Below are positions 26,150 through 39,408 of a DNA stretch of 64,000 nt, piece after piece; position 1 is the first letter of the stretch; every line of letters starts with the position of its first letter. Made by a program: the position numbers and the translations under genes. The stretch is from the NCBI RefSeq assembly GCF_028641065.1, contig NC_073397.1, forward strand, positions 24,490,001 through 24,554,000, read 5' to 3'. Source of the stretch: Leucoraja erinacea. Taxonomy: Eukaryota. The notes beneath the pieces are model-generated. The model ran no database searches and was not told where the DNA came from. It saw only the letters and a list, made by a program, of their open reading frames with translations.

Positions 26150-27012
26150 AGAAAACATAGAAAATAGGTGCAGGAGTAGGCCATTCAGTTCTTCAATCCA
26201 ATACCGCCATTCAATATCATCATGGCTGATCATCCAAAATCAGTACCCTGTTCCTGCATTCTCCCCATATCCCTTAATTCCATTAGCTCTAAGAGCTATA
26301 TCTAACTCTCTCTTAAATACATCCTAAGAAATGGCCTCCATTGCCTTCTGTGGCAGGGAATTCCACATATTCACAACTCTCTGGGTGAAAACGTTTTTCC
26401 TCATCTCAGTCCCAAATGGCCTACCCCTTATTCTTAAACTGGGACTACTGGTTCTGGACATTGTTCCTGCATCTATCCTGTTCAATCCCTTATGGGCCTG
26501 TCCCACTTAGGCGATTTTTCAGCGGACTACCGGCGACTGTCAAGTTGCTGGCAGTCGCCTGAAAAACCGGGAACTGGAACAGCGGCTGTCAGAGTGGAAC
26601 ACACACACACACATCGCTTCCTTCACCAGCCCGTGTGAATTTTTTAGATAGCGCCCCCCCCACTTGCACTGTCTAAAAAATTCACACGGCGCAAAGCCAA
26701 GGTGATACAGACACACACCACGATGAACAGGAAGGTTGGCGCTGTAAAAAGACAGCTAAAGCACAGTGTACGATAAGTCCTTTAAAAGAGGGGGGAGGGG
26801 AGATGGGGATATGGGGAGAAGGCAGGATGAAGGCTCTAAATTGTTAATATATATTGTCAGTAACTGGGTCCCAGCACTGAGCCTTGCGGCACCCCACTAG
26901 TCACCGCCTGCCATTCTGAAGAGGACCCGTTAATTCCTACTCTTTGCTTCCTGTCTGCCAGCCAGTTCTCTATCCATGTGAATACCCTACCCCCAATGCC
27001 GTGTGCTCTAAT
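26150..27012 (-). mobile_element. CR1 fragments with a truncated Harbinger-like MITE at about 26493-26820
   Basis: CR1 tail; TTA|TGGGCCTGTCCCACTT TIR; RT-region CR1 sequence resumes at about 26835. Confidence 0.7.
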
Positions 27013-27231
27013 TCAGAATCAAGTTCAGGATCAACTTCCTCCCAACAACCATTAGGCTATTGAAAACTATGAACTCCAACTAAACTCTGAACTACAAACT
27101 GCGTTGATCGCACTAGGGACATGAGGGCTTTATTTTTGTTTCTCTCACAGACCTGCAGCCAGGATAATGCCCTTCCAATTCAAACTTCTGTCTTTTATAA
27201 GTGTGCCAGTTCTGAATCAATATGATCAAAC

Positions 27232-27541
27232 CACGGTGACAAGGTGGTGTAGCAGTAGAGTTGCTGCCTTACAGCCCTTACAGTGCCAGAGACCCGGGTT
27301 CAATCCATTCAGAGTTTGCGCATTCTCCCCGTGACTGCGTGGGTTTTCTCTGAGATCTTCAGTTTCCTCCCACACTCCAAAGATGTACATGTTTGTAGGT
27401 TGATTGGCTTGGTATAAATGTAAATTGTCTCTAGTGTGTGTAAGATCGTGCTAATGTGCGGGGATCGCTGGTCGGTGCGGACTGTTTCCACGCTGTATCG
27501 AAGGGCTTGTTTCCACGCTGTATCTCTAAACTAAACTAAAC
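27232..27541 (+). mobile_element. V-SINE (HE1-like)
   Basis: B-box GGTTCAATCC, V-domain, (CTAAA)n tail. Confidence 0.85.
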
Positions 27542-28160
27542 TCAGTCGCTGTGAGTGCTGTGCATCTTAGTCTTCTTGATCAGCCTACCATGGGGAAGTT
27601 TATCAAAAGCTTTACTAAAATCCATGCAGATAACGTCCATTGTTCCACCATCGTAGATCACCTTAGTCACCTCCTCAGAAAATCCATTCAAGTTAGTACG
27701 ACAAGACCTGCCACGTAGAAGGCCGTGCAGATTGTCCTTGATTAGCCCACTCCCATCCAAACAGGAGTACATTCTATTCCAAAGGTCTCCAAATGAATGG
27801 CGTGAGGCTCCCCAATTCACTTGCTTATAATTCACTTGCTTATCTCTACTTCAATTCATAAACACTGGGAATAACATTGGGTTCTCTCCAGTTCTCCGGG
27901 ACCTCGCCTGTGGCTGAAGAAGTTGGAAAGATCTTCATCAAAGCCCCTGCAATCTCCTCTCTTGCCACTCACAATAACCTGGGATAGAACCCATCAGGTT
28001 CTGAGGATTTTTAACAATTTAATGCTCTTTAACAGCCCCAACACCACCTCCTTTTTTAAATCTCAAACTGCCCTTGCATATCAATATTCTCCACATTGAT
28101 CTTACTGTCCATGTCCTTCTCTTTGGTGAATACAGATGCAAAGTACTCATTTAGTACTTC
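27542..28160 (-). mobile_element. CR1 RT fragment
   Basis: HGLLRGRSCRTNL, MDFSKAFDKLPHGRL. Confidence 0.85.
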
Positions 28161-28394
28161 ATACATTGAAGTTGTGTAATATATTATCAGTCAGACAGCT
28201 TATTGCCATATCCTGACAATGAGAAATTAAGAATAAGATTTTACACCGTCTACAAAGTAGTGTTGTACTCCAACCCAAGATATTTCTCTGATGCAAACCC
28301 AAATTATGCATGAGCACTTTGCAACTATAATGCATTGTTGTAAACATGATGAAAAGCAATCAATTTGTGAACAACTGTACAAACTGCAATATAG

Positions 28395-28545
28395 CAATAG
28401 GCAGTTTATCCTCTTTTTAGCGACTTTGGTTGAGGGAAATATATTGACCTGGTCTCTGGAGAGAAGTCCATTGTTCTTCATTTAATAGTACCATGGGATC
28501 TTTTCATCTCCACCTCAGACAAGGAGATGGAGCCGCAGTGTTATG
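28395..28545 (-). mobile_element. Ancient DeuSINE-like fragment (SacSINE1/AmnSINE1 type)
   Basis: TTGGTTGAGGGAAATATATTGACC...AATAGTACCATGGGATCTTTT resembles the Deu domain as recalled. Confidence 0.45.
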
Positions 28546-29611
28546 GCTGTAGATCTGCACAAGGTGAATTCAGCTTTTCCACAATACCGGTTCCATATCT
28601 TTGATCTTGTTTTGAATCTTTCTTTTTTTTTAAAGAAGGAAATTGATGAAAGGCAGTAAGGATAATATTAATCATACTTACTCTCTACTGAAACAAAAAA
28701 AAACTATAAAATGTGCAGCATTCAGTCATTTAACGACCTAGCTCCTAAACTGCAAACAGTTCAGAGGAGATCCAAGAAAGATAAAAAAAATACAGAGTAA
28801 AGTGGAAATCTGGTGGAGATAAAAACCCTCATAATATCTGGATAAGCACTTGAATCAATAATGCTCAGGACTAGTGTAGATGATACATGTTGGTCGGTTG
28901 GCAAGTTGGACAGATGGACCTGTTTCCACACTGATGACTCTTTGACTCAATGACTAACAAGGCATAGAAGGCTATGATTCAAGGGAGGATAATTAGGATT
29001 AGCATAGATGAGTACTTGACATGAACATTTATGCTCTAAAAAGGGGATAAAGGGATCAGGTATGAAAGTAGACAATATGGAGGACCAACTGTGAGCTTGT
29101 GAATGGTGAAGCAACACACTAATTCTAGTGCATTGCATTGGAGATCTTCCTGCATTCATACACTAATTAAAAAACACATTTACATTGTATTCAGAGGATT
29201 TAAATTGTGGATAAAGAACTCAATCGATAAGCTAAAGTCATGCCAGCATTTATCCCCAATCTCAGTGATATTTTATACAGATGTAAACAGCCCATCGAAC
29301 CCTCCAAAATTCATAATCTTAAAACACGTAAGCTACGGGCTACTTTGCACAGCATTCTCTCATGAGTTATTCATTGCCTTGTTTTTTTGTATATGTACAA
29401 TTTATATTCATAGGCACGCAATGGTTTTCTCTCTTGTAGTGTTCATTAAATGTTTCTGCAGTTAAATTATTATCAACTCAGTTTGTTTTATTTTATTGCT
29501 TTTTAAGCACAGATCAACAGAGGCTTAATAAGAATAAAATTATAAAGCATCACATCAAATTACATCGACCTTGGCACTGGATTCGAACACAATGAAGTAA
29601 TACACAGCTCA

Positions 29612-29800
29612 ACGTGTAGGAAGGAACTGCAGATGCTGGTTTAAACAGAAGATAGACACACAAAAGATGGAGTAACTCAGCGTGTCAGGCAGCATCTCTG
29701 TGAGAAAAGGAATAGATGACATTTCGGGTCGAGACCTTTCAGACTGAGTCGGGGAAAGGGAAATGAGAGATATGGATGGTGATATAGAGAGATATAGAAC
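29612..29800 (-). mobile_element. Penelope-type repeat, hammerhead core partly deleted
   Basis: Reverse complement of 1385-1558. Confidence 0.75.
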
Positions 29801-31714
29801 AGCCAAATGTAAAAGTAAAAGTCTTATTTACTGACATCGAGAGATGCGTTACATTTGAAAATGTTATCTCATAGTCAGTTGACAGCCTTATATCCTTACT
29901 CATACTTGGGAATATCTTGCACCATTATTAATAAAGGCTGACGTTTATTCCTTCCCCTCACAGTCAGTCTTGTAGCATCCGAGGTGATATGCTTTCACTC
30001 CGCTCTTTGGCGACTTAGGTAGTTCATGACTTCAATCTGGAATGCACAGACTCTGCCACAGGTGGCGCAGAAAGTTTTTTAATCGATGGATTTTTGGAAT
30101 GTTTAATTTCCCTTCCATTTATGCTGGGCTTCCCGGCATTTCCAACAATTGAACTCTAAATGCTTAATACCTTCCCAAATACTGCTCCATTTTGGGCAGT
30201 TATGGATCAGAGATTGCCATAGTTTGGTGAGTACTTAATCTGTTTTCGTCGACGTTGAGAAATACTTGAATCTTTTCCACTGTCCGCTCAGTAATCATTT
30301 GTCCTGTTAGTTGTTTGCCTCAAGAATGTGATGTCAGGAATATGAACATAAAAACAATGTGACCTGCCTACAAAGGTGTATTAAGAGTTCAAACCTGGGA
30401 GAGGACACTGAAGTTAGTTGGTTTATCTTGCCAGTGGACATCTCTTCAGAGCTTTGTGAAGTCTGCTGTCATGTAGATGATAAACTTTGTTGTAGGTTTG
30501 AGGTTCTGATTATCAAATACTCTTTTCATCAGATGGCCAAAGGCTGTGCATTGAAACCTTGGTAAATTTCATCACTGAAGTTAATTACAGCAGGAATGGG
30601 ACAGTGGCCAATAAAGGAGTTCAATAATGAGAAGAACTGGCCAGGAGCAACAACAGAAGTGTTGAAACAAGATGCCAACTGAATCACTTGGATCCTAAAC
30701 AGTCGAAGCACACGTTCTGTACAGAAACTATTTCACCTTGTTTGTCACCCCTTAGTCCATTAATCTTCCTGCCTCCCTTTCTCTCACAGGGGCCTTGGAC
30801 ACCATTAAAAAACTTCTTTCATCTCCAACTCCTTCCATTTCTCATGGAAGGTTATCAGCCTGATCCTACGCTTTCTAATCATATCAGTACCCTACCTTCA
30901 TACTGATAACAGGTCAACCAATGTAATTCTTAACTCTGTTTCCTTATCCACAGTTACCATCTTATCTGCTAAGTAATCCCACCATTTTCTGTATTTTGTT
31001 TTTCATTTTTCCAAGCAAGCTAAAGTGATCCTAATACCAACAGGTCAGACTAAAGATGTTCCACTGCTGGTCGTGGTTAGTGAATAATTAAAAAAAAAAA
31101 AGAGTACACTCTCTGAAGATCACCCATTCCGTCTCCCCAGAGATGCTGCCTGTCCCGCTGAGTTACTCCAACATTTTGTGTCTATCTTCGGTTTAAACCA
31201 GCATCTGCAGTTCCTTCCTACACTCTTTGAATAGCCTAATTCTCAGTGATGGCAGAACCCAGCACAGGAGTATAAAAAAACAAGGTACAACTGTTTGCAA
31301 CAATCTGCATTCAAAAGTAAAGACTGTACAAGATACAAGATACATACTAGACTGCATGGTCCATCTTGGCTTCCTCTTGCAATAAACATTATCAAACGTA
31401 ATCGCCTTCAAGTCACATTATTCACTCCATTTGATATCAATATACTGGGAATAGCAAACAATATGAACCCTAACAATATCCTTGCTAATCCTAAAAATCA
31501 ATCTGTGCCGAAAGCCAAACTATCAGCTAAATTTTAAGTAATGCCGACATTACCTCGTTTCATTACCCTTCCTACCCGTGCACATCCCATTTCTCCCACT
31601 ACCTTGCCCCTCTTTCCCCAGCTCAAGCCCCGTCCCCTTTCACATATCACTCCCCCGGCTTTATATCTCACACCTCGTTTTTTCTTGTGTGACTCCCTGT
31701 GGCGGGGCTTGAAT

Positions 31715-32132
31715 GCAATAACCTCCTAAAAGGCGAAATCAGTGAAGCATCAGTCCCTGACGAGCTCAATGCGTTTTACGCACGTTTTGATAGGGAGAAC
31801 ACTGATGTGCCTTCCCGAGCCACCATTCGCCGTGATGGTATTTCGATCACAGTCACAGAGACCGACAGCAGAAGATCCTTCAGAGGGGTGAGCCCTCTAC
31901 CTGATTGTATACACGGGCGTGTTTTAAAAATCTGTGCGGACCAACTGGCTGGAGTTTTTGCGGATATTTTCATCCTCTCACTTCTGACCTCTCACCTGTT
32001 TTGAAAGGACATCAATAATACTGGTGCCCAAGAAGAGCAAGGTGACGTGCCTCAATGACTAAAATATTCTGTTGTGCTGCAGCAAGCAAGAATTTCATTG
32101 TCCTATCTGGGACACATGACAATAAACTCTCT
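31715..32132 (+). mobile_element. Rex1/Babar fragment
   Basis: PDELNAFYARFD, VLKICADQLAGVFADIF; 3' UTR GACAATAAACTCTC. Confidence 0.8.
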
Positions 32133-33373
32133 TTTGTTCCTCTTTCATCTCTAGCCTTACTCCACCCATTTGCTAACCAAACCACCCCCACCTGTATTCA
32201 CTTGCCAGGCGTGTCCCGCCCCCACTTCTTTTCCAGTTTTCTCCCCCATTATAATCAATCTGAAGAAGAATCCCGATCCAAAACGGTAATTGTTCATTTC
32301 CCTTCACTGCTGTGTTTCTCCAGTACTTTGTGTCTTGCCAAAGAGAACGTCAAATCCTTTCTGATCAATTTGCATCCAATAGTTTATTTTGATTATTAAT
32401 GGAGTGATGGAAGATTTCATTGATGTCAAGCAACACTAACTTACTAATATCTTGCTCACTCAGGCACAGTTTGGGTTCTACCAGCTCCAGTTATTTCAGT
32501 TAATGAATCAATGCTCATCAAGAGTGAAAACTCCATTGGTTTAAGTTAAGCCATGCAATATGAAGATGAGTGTAGTCATTGCCGATCAATCATCTCAACT
32601 CTAGGACATTATTGCAAAAAGCATTTGGCTGGGGTTCATTGACTCAGCTATCTTTAAATCTATCATCAATTACATTGTCCCATCTAAAGCTAAAGCTAAG
32701 GATGTTCTTGAAAATTGCCCAGTAGGTAGTCACATTTGTAAGCCTCAGATAAATGAACTAATCCTTAGAGTCATGCACCATAATCTGGACAAAATATGGT
32801 GTTGGGCTGGTAAATAGTAACATAGACATAATGATGATCAGAGTGATTTAGATCACTTTCCCTTGATGATCAACTTCATTGCTATCATCACATCTTCATC
32901 ATCATTGACATGGTCACAGTTTGCCTGGAAATATATTGCTGTTCATTGTTCATTAATGGATCAAGTCTTCGAACCCTTTATCTAATAGAACAATTAGGTA
33001 TCTTCACCACAAACAGTACATGTTTTGAAGAGGTGATTAACCCCAACCATCAGAAGAGTAGATACTGATCAGCTATAAATGCTGGTCTTAACAGTAAAGT
33101 CCACGTTTCATTAACCTATAAAATAAAATTTGATTTTAGAAACAACTTTTGTTCTCTGTGAGAAATTGGTCTAAAAGCTAATTTTGAAAACTGTATTTTT
33201 ATTTGTAGCTTTTATAATGAATGGAAGATTGTTGAATATTGTTCATAGTGTTCAGCATTTATCTAAAAATATATTTTATTAAGGTAGCAGCTGGTGGTAA
33301 ATAATATTTCTTTAGATTATTTAATTTTCCCATTTACATTGATAGCTTGTATAATTTCTAATATTTCTTAAAG

Positions 33374-33566
33374 AGAACCCATCAGGAATTTTTTATAAAT
33401 ATGTACCCATTATTTCATTTTCTGTGAAGCAAAAATATTTAATGCAATATGTTAATTGCCAAACGAGTTACCCAGTACAATTGGTAGGATTCCTCCTACT
33501 AACTGAATGTTATGTACCATTGGAGGAGGACTTGTCTAACATTGTTATCCTTAATCGAACTTATAG
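33374..33566 (+). CDS. Candidate internal coding exon, (E)NPSGIFYKYVPIISFSVKQKYLMQYVNCQTSYPVQLVGFLLLTECYVPLEEDLSNIVILNRTY(R)
   Basis: 64 open codons in very AT-rich unique DNA; acceptor TTTCTTAAAG, donor TAG|GTAATA; in-frame stops just outside both splice sites. Confidence 0.45.
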
Positions 33567-35659
33567 GTAATATTTCATAATAACAGTTCCCTTCCTGGGT
33601 AAAATAGACTTTTTATAATATTATAATTAGTTATTTTTTTCTCTTCATACTGTTTGCAGCTAGCTTACCTTTCTTTACACTGATAAAACCGAATAAATTA
33701 AATAAATTGGGAGTAAAAAAGTTAGACTGCTCAATAATGTGTAACAGTTGACTCAAATACAGATTAAGCGATGACCCACCGGAATAAACTACACATTTTC
33801 ATTCAGTTTCTCAAGTTTATGTCAATCAGTTTAAGGGTCTAATGGAAGCTGAAATATCAGCCCAGGGAATGTCTGCTTTCTGGACTCAAAGGTCTATGAA
33901 AACTGCATGAGAAAAAAAATCATTGATTTAGCAAATGGTCCAGCACAGAAGGAGGGTTCACTGCTGGATTTTTTGAAAAGGGTTCTCCAAATTGTCACAT
34001 TTCCTGCAGTTTTCTCAGAAATATGCAAAATGTTCCTCCTTCAGATATCCTGACATTACAATTGTTCTCTTTCAGTAAGTCTTAAACTGCAGTTTAATTT
34101 GAAAAGTTGGGTAGCCTTCTTACTTCCTTCATTGAATAATGGAAATACTAGTTTTAAGACAGTTTGTTTAAAGAAACATTCAATCAAGATGGGGAGAAGA
34201 CAGGAACGGGGTACTGATTGGGGATGATCAGCCATGATCATATTGAATGGCGGTGCTGGATCGAAGGGCCGAATGGCCTGCTCATGCACCTATTGTCTGT
34301 TGTTTATTGTCTATTACGATGGTTCATTTTTTTACGTAGTTCAAAAGAATGATATATTTATTTAAAAAAAATAAAAAATTCAGAATTACTACAATGTTAC
34401 CAAAATAATAGGCAAATCTAATAAAATGAATTGTTTATCACACAGGAGTGCTTTTACTGAACCCATTCAGAGCACATTTTAAGTAAGAACATGGCATTTA
34501 AAGATTATTATTAAAAGGAGGATGAAATCAAAATGTTAATTAGCTACCTACATATTTAAACAGATAACAGAAAACAACTTTTCACAAATGTTCTGATATT
34601 ATAAATTATAATAAATGATAAAAGGCCAATTAGATTTAACACTAAAACTGTGATAGTATATTTTCAATATACAGAATTAGTCAATAAAAGTGGGCTAAAC
34701 AAAGCAGAGTAATCTTGCTAAGTTTGTTTTATTCAACATTAAGATTCACCTTTCTTATGTATCCATATTATATCTTGGGAACGTAATGAAAATCACCCTT
34801 AATTGTGAACTGATTTCTTTAGACTCAGGAAATTGTGTAGGATATGTTATTGCTAAATAGGCACCAGGTACATGGGAGTGGATTTTAGGTGTGTGAAGAA
34901 CACAGCTAAATAAAACACTGCTAAACTTTAAAACTTAATTTAGAACACATTTACCAGACGATTGCCCCACTAGAGATTGCATCATTTGATCTATTCAGCC
35001 GAAGATAGACATAAAAAGCTGGAGTAACTCCGCCGTACAGGCTGCATCTCTGGAGAGAAAGAGTGGATGACGTTCCAGGTCAAGACCCTTCTTCAAAATG
35101 AAAGTTACGGGCTCAGCCTATTGTTTCTGCACTCCACTGGTGTGAATTTGAAAGATTCACCACCTTGTGCATGAAAATAAATTCTTACCATTTCGCTTCT
35201 GAATGCCTGATATCAGAATTTTGACCCCAGCTAGAAACGTCAATACTGTATGTACTATATCATCCCCATAAGAATTTTGAATTCCTGCTGCAGTTTTCTC
35301 CAGTGTCTGCTATATTGCATTTGTACTGCTAAGAATAATCTGCTCCTCATGTTCTACACTCTTTGAAGCTTCCAGTTGACCATTTTCCTTTGTGTGGAAG
35401 TCTTCAGAGTGTATGATATTGTACTATTAAAAATTGGCCTGCATAGCTTTCTATTATTTACTGGGACAGAGGTTAGGTTGCACCCTGCGCTGACACTCAA
35501 TTATTGATATTGGTCAGTCTCCTGCAGGTGTTGCACTGTACAGATGATGTCTGGTCCATAAAAGAAGAAAATCACAGATTAGCAAGTGTGCTTTATATTG
35601 CTCAGAGAGCTTAAGGAAAGCAGTTTTAATAAACATACCAAAATGACTGTCAGAAGATG

Positions 35660-36102
35660 AAAGAAAGGAGCGACTGGGCTTGTACCCACTGGAATTTAGA
35701 AAGATGAGAGGGGATCTTATAGAAACATATAAAATGATTAAGGAATTCGACAGGATAGATTCAGGAAACATGTTCCCGATGTTGGGGGAGTCCAGAATCA
35801 GTGGCTACAGTTTGAGACTAAGGGGTAGGCCGTTTAGAACTGAGATGAGGAAAAAACTTTTTCACACAGAGAGTTGTGAATTTGTGGAATTCTCTGCCTC
35901 AGAAGGCAGTGGAAGACGATTCACTGGATGCATTCAAAAGAGAGTTAGATAGAGCTCTCGGGCATGCGGAATCAAGTGATATGGGGAGAAGGCAGGAGTG
36001 GGGTACTGATTGTGGATGATCAGCCATGACCACATTGACTGGCGGTGCTGGGGCGAAGGACCGAATGGCTTACTCCGGCGCCTATTGTTTATGTATCTAT
36101 GT
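35660..36102 (+). mobile_element. CR1 3' end
   Basis: LYPLEFRKMRGDLIETYKMIK; tail. Confidence 0.9.
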
Positions 36103-37796
36103 GTATAAATTTCAAGCTTATCTCACTGGGAATGGAGGAGGTAGAATGATTATTTCCTAATACAGCTGATATTACAGAGTCCAATGACACATTTGAACAC
36201 AATGTTTTGGAGAGTAAAAATAAAAACATTTCTCAAGCACATTCGAGAAATTCCTCTTTATGGGAGCAAATATGGATGTTTTGTAAGACGGCAAACAGCT
36301 ATGTTTCCATCACTTTCAGTCTTATAAAGAAATGTCTTCCTCTGTGTATTGTGTTGGTGGAATTGTAAATCTGTTTAGAAACAGGTGGCCCTGTGAAGTT
36401 GTTCTATGCAGTGCAAAACTTCTCATGTAAAAAACACAGAACGAGCATCTGAACTTTTAGCAGTAGGGTTATTTTTTACACAAACGTGTCCATGTTGTTC
36501 TTGTAAATTAATTTGGAGCGGTTGATCTATGATGAGACAAATTGATTCCTTACCTGATTCAAATATTGTTTGGGGTGTTGTGCCCTTAGCTGATCAATTG
36601 ATCAGAGTAATGGTGGTGAGACAGATAGGAGAAGACATGTTTGGTAATGGCCTCTAGGTATATTATTGGTTTTGGAGGAATGCGTGTAATTGGTGTTTGT
36701 CACACCTGTAGGTAAAAGGTAAGTGTGGAATTGACTTTAGAAGGTTTCTAATCCAACAGTTCCCTGAAGGAAGAGGTTTTCTGGGAGCTGCTAATGATAA
36801 TCTACCCTCATCTAATTTCCCTCAAAATGATCCAAACAAATTTTTACATGGGGAGTGACTGGTGCATTAACCATTACAGACAAGCATGGGGCTACAGAAT
36901 GACTGGAATGATCAGCCAATTTTCTATTGTACTGCAAAGAAATATAAGTATCCCTTTCATATGTACTTTATTGTATTTCTTTTCACCAGTTTTGCATCTG
37001 CTAGTCTTCTTTTTTCATTTTGTTTTATATACTTTTACCATGTTGCCTCCTATAATCATTGAACATCAGGTCAACTCCAATATTCTGCCTTCTGATTATT
37101 CAAAAGTCGTGATGTTTCAGTGTCTGTTTCATTGGGGAATGTATCTCATATTTCCTTTAGGAAAGGAATAAAGCTAAGCTCCTATATTATTTTTAAATGC
37201 CTCATGTCCCTATTTCCCTTGTTTCCTTTAAACTTAATGTGTTCATGGAAGAAAATTATCAGGCTACTGTTTGTTTAAGAGGGAACTGCAGATGCTGGAA
37301 AATCGAAGGTAGACAAAAATGCGAGAGGAACTCAACAGGTGAGGCAGTATCAATGGAGTGAAGGAAATAGGCTACTGTTTGTTGTGATTATGTGAAGTGT
37401 GTCAGAATGTTTTCATTGGAATGCCGAAGGTTATGGGGAGACCGGATACAGTATCTAAAATTATGAGAGACATTGATAGAGTTGACACTTAGCATCTTTT
37501 TCCCAGGGAGGAAATGTCAAAGACTAGAGGGCAAAGCTTAAAGGAGATGTGCGTTACAAGTTTTTTGCACAGAGGGTGATGGGTGCCTGGAACATGCTGC
37601 CAGGGTTGGTGGTGGAGGCAGATGCGATAGCAGAGTTTAAGAGAATGGAGAGATATGGATCATTTGCAGGCAGATGAAATTAGTTTATCTTGGCATTACC
37701 TTCAGCTCAGATATTGTGGGCCAAAAGACCTGTTACTGTACTGTTCTGTTTTGTTCTATGATGACAAATAACATTCCATCTGCTAGTAGATTGCCA

Positions 37797-38340
37797 CCAA
37801 GTCAAGTCAAGTCCAGTTTATTCGTCACATACACATACGAGATGTGCAGTGAAATGAAAAGTGGCAATGCTTGCGGATTGTGCAAAAAACAACTACTAAA
37901 CAGAATGGAACAGAATCACATATTCACACATTGCATATTTGTGGGAGGGAAAAAAAGAAAAAACAGCAATTTTTAAAAGACAGCACACAACCGTAAATTG
38001 GTACAGTAAAGTTAGCCCCTGGTGAAAAGGGAGTTTGCAGTCCTAATTGCCTCTGGGAAGAAGCTCCTTCTCATCCTCTCCGTTTTCACAGCATGGCAAC
38101 GGAGGCGTTTGCCTGACCTTAGCAGCTGGAACAGTCCATTGCTGGGGTGGAAGGGGTCTCCCATGATCTTGTTGGCTCTGGAGTTGCACCTTCTGATGTA
38201 TAGTTCCTGCAGGGGGGTGAGTGTAGTTCCCATAGTGCATTCGGCCGAACGCACTACTCTCTGCAGAGCCTTCTTGTCCTGGGCAGAGCAGTTCCCAAAC
38301 CAAATCATGATGTTTCTGGACGAGATGCTTTCCATCAAGT
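37797..38340 (-). mobile_element. Rex1/Babar 3' end
   Basis: IWFGNCSAQDKKALQRVVRSAE...SFFPEAIR; (CAAGT)n tail. Confidence 0.9.
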
Positions 38341-39174
38341 GTGCTTGATCCTTGGAGCTTACATAATATGCAATTTTATATTTTTTAATATATATTTTCT
38401 CCTTTAATTCTTCCTACAATGTGGGTTAAGAAAGGTCATGTAATATTGGAAGCAAAATATTTTGAGTCGGACAATTAGATTTTTTTTTCCATTATAACTC
38501 ATTTCTCAAGGTTGAGGTTGTGACCTATTTTGGTCGAGAGAGGAAACTCAACAAGTTGAGCTTCCTTCACCCTTCCTCCTTCTCCATCTGTCTCACCACT
38601 CCTCCCTTCTGCTGCACAGGCTTCTCTCTCCACTCCACTCCCACTGCTGATGCACGGTTTTGGCCCAAAATATCAACCATTCCTTTTCGTTCATAAAGCA
38701 GCTCAACCCACCGAGGTGAATAGATTTTTTGTTGCTTCGGATTCCAGCATATATTGTCTCCTGTGTCTCAATTTGTTTGCTCCTGGGTCAGAAGTGCTTT
38801 GTTGCTCTTTATTGAAACTTAATGCGCTCAGTAATTTAGATTTAACAAATGTATTATCTGCATGTTAAGGAGTAACTTCTTTATGGTATTATAAATTATA
38901 TGAACATTATATTTTATTCCCATGACTACAATTTTATTCAAATTAAATTACCTTCAAGCCTATTAATGTACAGCTCTATGCTGCATCTATTTTCTCCTTT
39001 AACTGTTTTTTTCCACAACAATTAAGACGTGGCACACAAATCTATTGCGGAATTACTTAATGTCGTTAATGCTTGTTAATTTTTCCATTTAAAGCTGATA
39101 TTGATGGACTCAGATAGGTTTCAGAATAAGCAGCAATGGTTCATATTGGCTGCTACATAAGCTCCTGCAATGGG

Positions 39175-39408
39175 TGTTCATAAATTCATAAGTTATACGA
39201 GCTGAATTAGGCCAGTTGGCCCATCAAGTCTATTCTGCCATTCAATCATGACTTATCTATCTTTCCCTCTCAAAACCATTCTCCTGCCTTCTCCCCATAA
39301 TCCCTGACACCCTTACTAATCAAGAATCTATCAATCTCCACCTTAAAAATATCCACAGCCTTCTGTGACAACGAATTCCACAGATTCACCACCCACTGAC
39401 TAAAGGAT
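39175..39408 (-). mobile_element. CR1 3' end
   Basis: Matches 23820-24145. Confidence 0.8.

Noticed and set aside
33669-33679. 11-nt minus-strand microexon (TTTTATCAG|TGTAAAGAAAG|GTAAGC)
   Set aside because: Too short to distinguish from chance and not frame-preserving
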